In this document: positions 59,401-64,000 of the stretch, piece by piece | How positions within the stretch are numbered: position 1 is the first letter of the stretch | How the letters are laid out: each line of letters starts with the position of its first letter | Source of the DNA: an uncultured virus (IMG/VR IMGVR_UViG_3300020183_000051) | Taxonomy: Duplodnaviria > Heunggongvirae > Uroviricota > Caudoviricetes | Strand: one strand, 5' to 3' | Length of the DNA stretch: 64,000 bases | Virus record (IMG/VR): IMGVR_UViG_3300020183_000051 | Notes under the pieces: generated by a model | Database searches by the model: none | What the model saw: the letters and a program-made list of their open reading frames with translations, nothing else | What the model was told of the DNA's origin: nothing | Translations under genes and position numbers: made by a program

Positions 59401-59771
59401 GATATATCCTTAATTTTTATAGAACTATTATGTCCGGCTTTAATATTTTCCACTTCTCGCATTAATTCTTCTCTTTCTGCATCAGTTATCATGGCTACTG
59501 ATCCATCGCCACTTTCATTTTGCCTTAATAATATTCTTTGAATAACTGCCGCCAGTTTAACTAACTGTTCGTCATTTTTTACACCCACATCCATATAGTC
59601 CTTAATTAAAGGAACTATAATCATAGCATCATTAACCGTCTTAATTAAAGCCCGCAGTTCGCTAATTAATACGTCTAACTGGTCCTTTTTTTCGTTTTGA
59701 TTAACCACAATCTCTTTACATAAAGAAGAAAATGACTTTCCTTTATATATTTCAATATCTTGTAAATCCAT
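59397..59771 (-). CDS. Helical late protein
   Basis: 124 aa; TATTTATA upstream; 4-nt overlap with the hub gene. Confidence 0.65.
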   Translation of the reverse strand: MDLQDIEIYKGKSFSSLCKEIVVNQNEKKDQLDVLISELRALIKTVNDAMIIVPLIKDYMDVGVKNDEQLVKLAAVIQRILLRQNESGDGSVAMITDAEREELMREVENIKAGHNSSIKIKDIS

Positions 59772-59795
59772 GATGTTTATAAATATATCACATTA

Positions 59796-60524
59796 TCAAG
59801 TTTTTTTTCGATTTTTCCATAAGTTTTTACGGTGGGTTATAGTTTTAGCCTTTCCTTTTAATTTTTTACTTATTTTGGATCTTCGGTTTTTTTCAATATC
59901 TTCCAGTGGAATTCCTAACGTCCAGCCTTTTATAGAAAAACGTTTTCCTTTCAAAAATAAATGTAACCCGCCACTATCTATGTTATATTTTTTTCTAAAA
60001 TCGTAAGGAGTTAAAGTCTCTAATATATCAAGATTTTTATTATAAAATGTATACTTTTTATGTATATATCTATAGTTATTCTTTCCCAAGTGAGCAATTT
60101 TATTTTTTAAAGTTTGATCCGCCGTTTTGGGTTTGCCATACATATAAGAGTTTGGTCCTTTATTCGCCAAACTTTGTTTTTTTCTAGTCTGTTCGCTTCT
60201 GAAAGATTTTCCTGACCAACTTTTGAAATAATTACATAAATTCTCTATTCCATAATATTCTATAAATGCAGATTCTAAGGCTAAAGCTTCTAACTCATTA
60301 ACATTTTCGGTTAATTTTTCGTACAATATAGGAATGTTTTCGTCAATTAATTTTTTTATTTTATAATATAATTTATAATTTGTTTTATTGGGAATTTTTC
60401 CTAATCTAACATCCTTTTCATGTTTATACATTCGGTTCTTACAACCTTTACCAACATAAAAAGTCTTGCCGTCAGAAGAATCGACAAGTTGATAAGCGTA
60501 ATACTTATTATCAAATTTTTCCAT
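59796..60524 (-). mobile_element. GIY-YIG (LEM-3-like) homing endonuclease with NUMOD3-like motifs
   Basis: YYAYQLVD...FYVGKG...R...E..A...E...I...LCN; RSEQTRKKQS...N.MYGK. Confidence 0.75.
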
Positions 60525-61344
60525 GTTCCATATATAACCTCGTTATTTTATCTTGATACTCTTTCATTTTATTAATTACTTTGGTTATCTGCTGCGTTTT
60601 GCAAGAAGAAATTTCTCTAATATAAAGATATAATGCTTTTTTATTGAAATAATCTATTCGATCACTATTTCTAAATAACTCCACAACGGCTTCCGCAATT
60701 TTCAAATCTCTTTTTTTAGAAAAAATATCATTTAAATTTTTTTCCCAATATTCTACCATCATCTTTATAAACTGTTGTGTCTCTACATTTTTATAGTGAG
60801 AATCTTCAGATTGTAATCTTACCGTGTTTTCTTCATTTTCTTCGCTAATATCTACATGTTGATTATATCGCTTGTAATTGGTATTATTATGAAAAATTAA
60901 ATAGTTTTTTGCTATTATACTAAAATATGCAAAAGCTTTTCCTTTTCCAGATTCATACTTATGCAGATTTGCTACAAGATGAGATAAAGTTTCTTTTTGT
61001 ACTTCTAACGGACCTACATCAAAATACGTAAATTTAAAAGTATTAAATATATTCTCTACCAATTTTTCCAAAGCAAATTTTATCTTAGTCTCAAAAATTT
61101 GATTTTTTATAAGATCGTCAACCTCGTTGTTGTAAGAAATAATTGCATCCTCAGTTTCTTTTGTAAAATACATTTTTCCTTTTCCTGAACGTTTTCTAAC
61201 AACTTCGACCGGCTTAATATTGTTAGAACTAACTGAGTCGGTTATATTTATCACCTTAATTTTTTTTATTTTATTTTGTTTTTTAAAAAACTTTTTTGAT
61301 TTTAAAAAAGACTTGGGTTTACTTATTTTACGCACTTTTCGCAT
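60511..61344 (-). CDS. gp55: Late transcription sigma factor (gp55-like) with Lys-rich N-terminal extension
   Basis: MYFTKETEDAI..YN...KLVENI..TFKF...GKAFAYFSIIAKNYLI. Start at 61344 or 61374. Confidence 0.65.
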   Translation of the reverse strand: MRKVRKISKPKSFLKSKKFFKKQNKIKKIKVINITDSVSSNNIKPVEVVRKRSGKGKMYFTKETEDAIISYNNEVDDLIKNQIFETKIKFALEKLVENIFNTFKFTYFDVGPLEVQKETLSHLVANLHKYESGKGKAFAYFSIIAKNYLIFHNNTNYKRYNQHVDISEENEENTVRLQSEDSHYKNVETQQFIKMMVEYWEKNLNDIFSKKRDLKIAEAVVELFRNSDRIDYFNKKALYLYIREISSCKTQQITKVINKMKEYQDKITRLYMEHGKI

Positions 61345-61345
61345 T

Positions 61346-61627
61346 TTATTCTTCTTTAGTAGTTTCTTCTTCATAAATTTTAGTCCTTAAATCTTTGATA
61401 ATTTTCAATATGTCAGAAAATACAAAACCAACTTCATCATCTTTTTCAAATATTTGTTTTTCATCTACAAATTTTAACGCCTGATACGTTTCTTCAATTT
61501 GATTTTTATATCCTAAAATCCAAGCTTCGTAAATATCCACTTTAGTTAAATTTATACGAAATAACTTAAATAATATAATATTTCCAATTAAAGAAATTAT
61601 AAACAATATAAGTAAAATATGATCCAT
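61346..61627 (-). CDS. Small protein with N-terminal transmembrane helix
   Basis: ILLILFIISLIGNIILF. Confidence 0.65.
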   Translation of the reverse strand: MDHILLILFIISLIGNIILFKLFRINLTKVDIYEAWILGYKNQIEETYQALKFVDEKQIFEKDDEVGFVFSDILKIIKDLRTKIYEEETTKEE

Positions 61628-61632
61628 TTAAA

Positions 61633-61770
61633 TTAGTATTTTTCATCGTCTGAATCGTCTTCGACATATTCTTCTAGATAGTCTATCGACTCCAAAACAT
61701 ACTCCCAATCTTTTGTTTTGATTGATTTCTTTAATAATCTTAAAACCTCAGTTATATTTTCATCACCCAT
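61633..61770 (-). CDS. 45-aa acidic protein (below the track cutoff)
   Basis: MGDENITEVLRLLKKSIKTKDWEYVLESIDYLEEYVEDDSDDEKY*; fills the gap; TATAGT-N7-ATG upstream. Confidence 0.6.
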   Translation of the reverse strand: MGDENITEVLRLLKKSIKTKDWEYVLESIDYLEEYVEDDSDDEKY

Positions 61771-61932
61771 AATATAAACTATATATTAAAATCTTTTTCC
61801 AAAATCAATTATTTCTAAACAATCTAGAAAAAATATCATGCTTTCTAACGTTTTTATATTTAGCATTAGACGCATTCAGATTTCTTCCTACAGTATTATG
61901 TAAACTTTTATTGTCAATAATTTTCTCTCCAA

Positions 61933-62733
61933 CTATATTATTTTTTTTTTGTCTTCCAAAAATATAATGTTGTTATACGCCAATAACAAACAAATAGCCA
62001 ACGGATCAAAAACTGATATTAATATAGAAATAAACCACTTTACTACTCTATCCATCGTTAAATTAAATTCATCTGCCACAAATTTAAAGGTAATTATATC
62101 ACTTTGTTCTCTTCCCGATAATTTAAACTGATTAATAGTCTCATTTAACTTAAAAATTTCATCGTTGGCATCTTGAATTTTTTTGTTTTCTCCCTCAATA
62201 CTTTTTTCGTTGCTAGAAATTAACTCCACCGTTTGAGACTGTATCTCCTGTAGCTGAATAGGATTTCTAGCTATAAATATATTCGTCATCGCCTCACTCA
62301 ATCTACGTTCCTGTGAGATCCGCAAATCTTCAAGACTTTTTATTCTCGATTTCGATTGTGAAATTTTATCAACATATGAGGTTTTCTTAGATTCATATAT
62401 TTGAATTTTTTCCTCGTTAGCCTTATCTGCCAACGAAGACCGTTGATACGATGCACTTAAATAACCAAAGATACCCAATGACGTTATAAACATTAATACA
62501 ATAACACTCAGTGTTAAATAAAACTTTAAAAGCCGGCGTGTGTCTTGCCAATATCTAAATAAATAACTCGTCGCTACTAATTTACCTAACTCTAACGAAA
62601 ATGCCATGATTATAGCCGATTGTTTAGAACCAGAAAATAACATCGCAATTCCAATTATAGAAAAATATGCCGCACACGCAGCAATAAATAATGAAGTAAT
62701 TCCTACCAAATTTTTAAAATTAAACTTATTCAT
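61933..62733 (-). CDS. Membrane protein (3 TM, coiled coil, 1 TM); possible -1 frameshift extension to 61805
   Basis: AAYFSIIG...LELGKLV...ITSLGIFGYLS...VFDPLAICLLLA; ends in an A10 run. Confidence 0.75.
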   Translation of the reverse strand: MNKFNFKNLVGITSLFIAACAAYFSIIGIAMLFSGSKQSAIIMAFSLELGKLVATSYLFRYWQDTRRLLKFYLTLSVIVLMFITSLGIFGYLSASYQRSSLADKANEEKIQIYESKKTSYVDKISQSKSRIKSLEDLRISQERRLSEAMTNIFIARNPIQLQEIQSQTVELISSNEKSIEGENKKIQDANDEIFKLNETINQFKLSGREQSDIITFKFVADEFNLTMDRVVKWFISILISVFDPLAICLLLAYNNIIFLEDKKKII

Positions 62734-62755
62734 ATTTTATAAATAGTGTAAAAAT

Positions 62756-62783
62756 AAAAAAACCCTCGATTTGATCGAGGGTT
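62756..62783 (-). terminator. Rho-independent terminator after hsp20
   Basis: Hairpin aaccctcgat-ttg-atcgagggtt (62761-62783), followed by a U-run on the minus strand. Confidence 0.85.
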
Positions 62784-62807
62784 AAAGGTCAAATATAACC
62801 TTTATTT

Positions 62808-63287
62808 TTAACTAATATTAACCTTTTTCTTGTTGGAAATATTAGTCGGTTTTAACTTTTTTAACACAATAGTTAATAACCCATTTTCAACTTTCGCATC
62901 AACTGTATCAGTATCAATATTTTCACTCAAACTAAAACTACGAACAAAACTACTATGCTTTAATTCACGATACGAATTACATATTACATCGTTTGTGTTA
63001 TTTTTTGAAACTTTATTTCCTGTAATAGTTAACACTCCCGTTTCTATCTCCACATTAATATCAGCTTTAGTCAAACCAGGAATACCAGCCTCTATAATCA
63101 CCAAATTTTCGTACTCGGTCACATTTATCTTAGGATATGCACCCTTTTCAAAAAAATCTACCCCAAATTCCTTGCCAAAATTCGGAGAAGTAGCTTTATA
63201 AAAATCATCAAAGATTTTATCAAAGGGTGTCAAAAATTCATCGCGAGATGTGTAACGAAATAACGGATTGTTTTTTATAATATTCAT
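62808..63287 (-). CDS. Small heat-shock protein (Hsp20/alpha-crystallin)
   Basis: YPKINVTE...EAGIPGLTKADINVEIETGVLTITG...SFVRSFSL...AKVENGLLTIVL. Confidence 0.92.
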   Translation of the reverse strand: MNIIKNNPLFRYTSRDEFLTPFDKIFDDFYKATSPNFGKEFGVDFFEKGAYPKINVTEYENLVIIEAGIPGLTKADINVEIETGVLTITGNKVSKNNTNDVICNSYRELKHSSFVRSFSLSENIDTDTVDAKVENGLLTIVLKKLKPTNISNKKKVNIS

Positions 63288-63385
63288 ATTTTATCTTTCT
63301 ATTTATGTACTCCACATGGATATACATCTGTGCCAACCCAACATAGGTGTTGACATATATACATATATACCAAAATAATATTATA

Positions 63386-64000
63386 TCAAGAATTTTTAAC
63401 AGAATTCCACGCGTCATATTCAACCCTACACGCCAAATAATCCGCATGGTGAATAATTCTAGGAAGATTGCTTTTTAAATCATGATCATTATTGTAATTC
63501 TTTAAATAAGAAGTGTTCGCCTCATTATATAAACCATCCGACAACTTTATAGCCAAAGTTTCTCTCCAACTACACTTAATTTGATATTGCTGCAAAATAT
63601 ATAACGCCCTATCCGCAACATCCATATATTGCAAATTTGAATTAAATTTAAATGCCTCACCACGATTTTTAATATACCAATCGTTATCCTGTGGCAAATA
63701 ATACTCTCCCTGCTGCTTGTCACCCAACTTTCCTAAATCGTGATGCAACGCCGAAAACGCCAACTCCTCATCCGTAAAATCTATCGTAGCCCCCATCACT
63801 TCCCACAACTTCTTTACCCCCAAAGACGCCCGATATACATTATTAATATGATCCAAATAACCACCAATATATGCATTGTGAAAATGTAACTTTGAAGAAG
63901 CCGGCGCGGTAATCAAACGCAATCCAAACTGATCTTCATCGTATAAATATAACAACCTTTCAAGTCTCTCTCCCGAAAATAAAGACTTTATTAAAGATAA
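63386..64000 (-). CDS. HD-domain phosphohydrolase (YhaM/Cbf1-like), 5' partial
   Basis: APAS...HNAYIGGYLDH...LHHDLGK...IIHHADY; the frame is open to the right edge. Confidence 0.8.
   Translation of the reverse strand, partial: LSLIKSLFSGERLERLLYLYDEDQFGLRLITAPASSKLHFHNAYIGGYLDHINNVYRASLGVKKLWEVMGATIDFTDEELAFSALHHDLGKLGDKQQGEYYLPQDNDWYIKNRGEAFKFNSNLQYMDVADRALYILQQYQIKCSWRETLAIKLSDGLYNEANTSYLKNYNNDHDLKSNLPRIIHHADYLACRVEYDAWNSVKNS

Larger units (their letters stand above)
3501..62745 (-). promoter_or_regulatory. Recurrent TATTTATA motif upstream of late genes
   Basis: Plus-strand tataaata at 3501, 6405, 8500, 13289, 15568, 16527, 20596, 28532, 31186, 36187, 56781, 59778 and 62738. Variants near 22587, 44785, 46548 and 53287. 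Confidence 0.75.

Noticed and set aside
1..64000. Stop-codon reassignment, tRNA or rRNA genes
   Set aside because: Long genes are intact in the standard code with TAA, TAG and TGA all ending genes; no tRNA or rRNA pattern was recognised.

Overview
This window is part of an AT-rich, T4-like large myovirus genome, with almost all genes on the minus strand. In window order it carries: a partial giant Gly-Thr-[Ser/Asp/Asn] fibre gene missed by the ORF track; neck genes (gp15, gp14, gp13); the head module (gp23 capsid, scaffold, gp21 protease, gp20 portal, gp17 terminase); a fused Mre11-Rad50 (gp47-gp46), primase and RuvC-like resolvase; a baseplate/tail module (beta-propeller adhesin-like proteins, gp7-, gp6-, gp25- and gp5-like); a gp55-like late sigma factor; Hsp20; and an HD protein. 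A plus-strand macrodomain, GMP reductase and membrane protein cassette and three homing-endonuclease-like genes are interspersed. The best candidate for an undescribed system is a set of putative capsid-packaged cargo proteins sharing a MIKLxxLLxE-type N-terminus and [I/L]-x-E protease sites. It includes a ~950-aa protein joining three unrelated nucleotidyltransferase folds next to a flavoprotein. Other notable signals: a cupredoxin-like Cu site inside the fibre, a very GC-rich RCC1 block nested in a tail gene, a TATTTATA motif before late genes (the reverse complement of the T4 late promoter), a probable -1 slip at an A10 run, and twin AUGU-loop hairpins before hsp20. All calls come from motifs read by eye; no searches were run.
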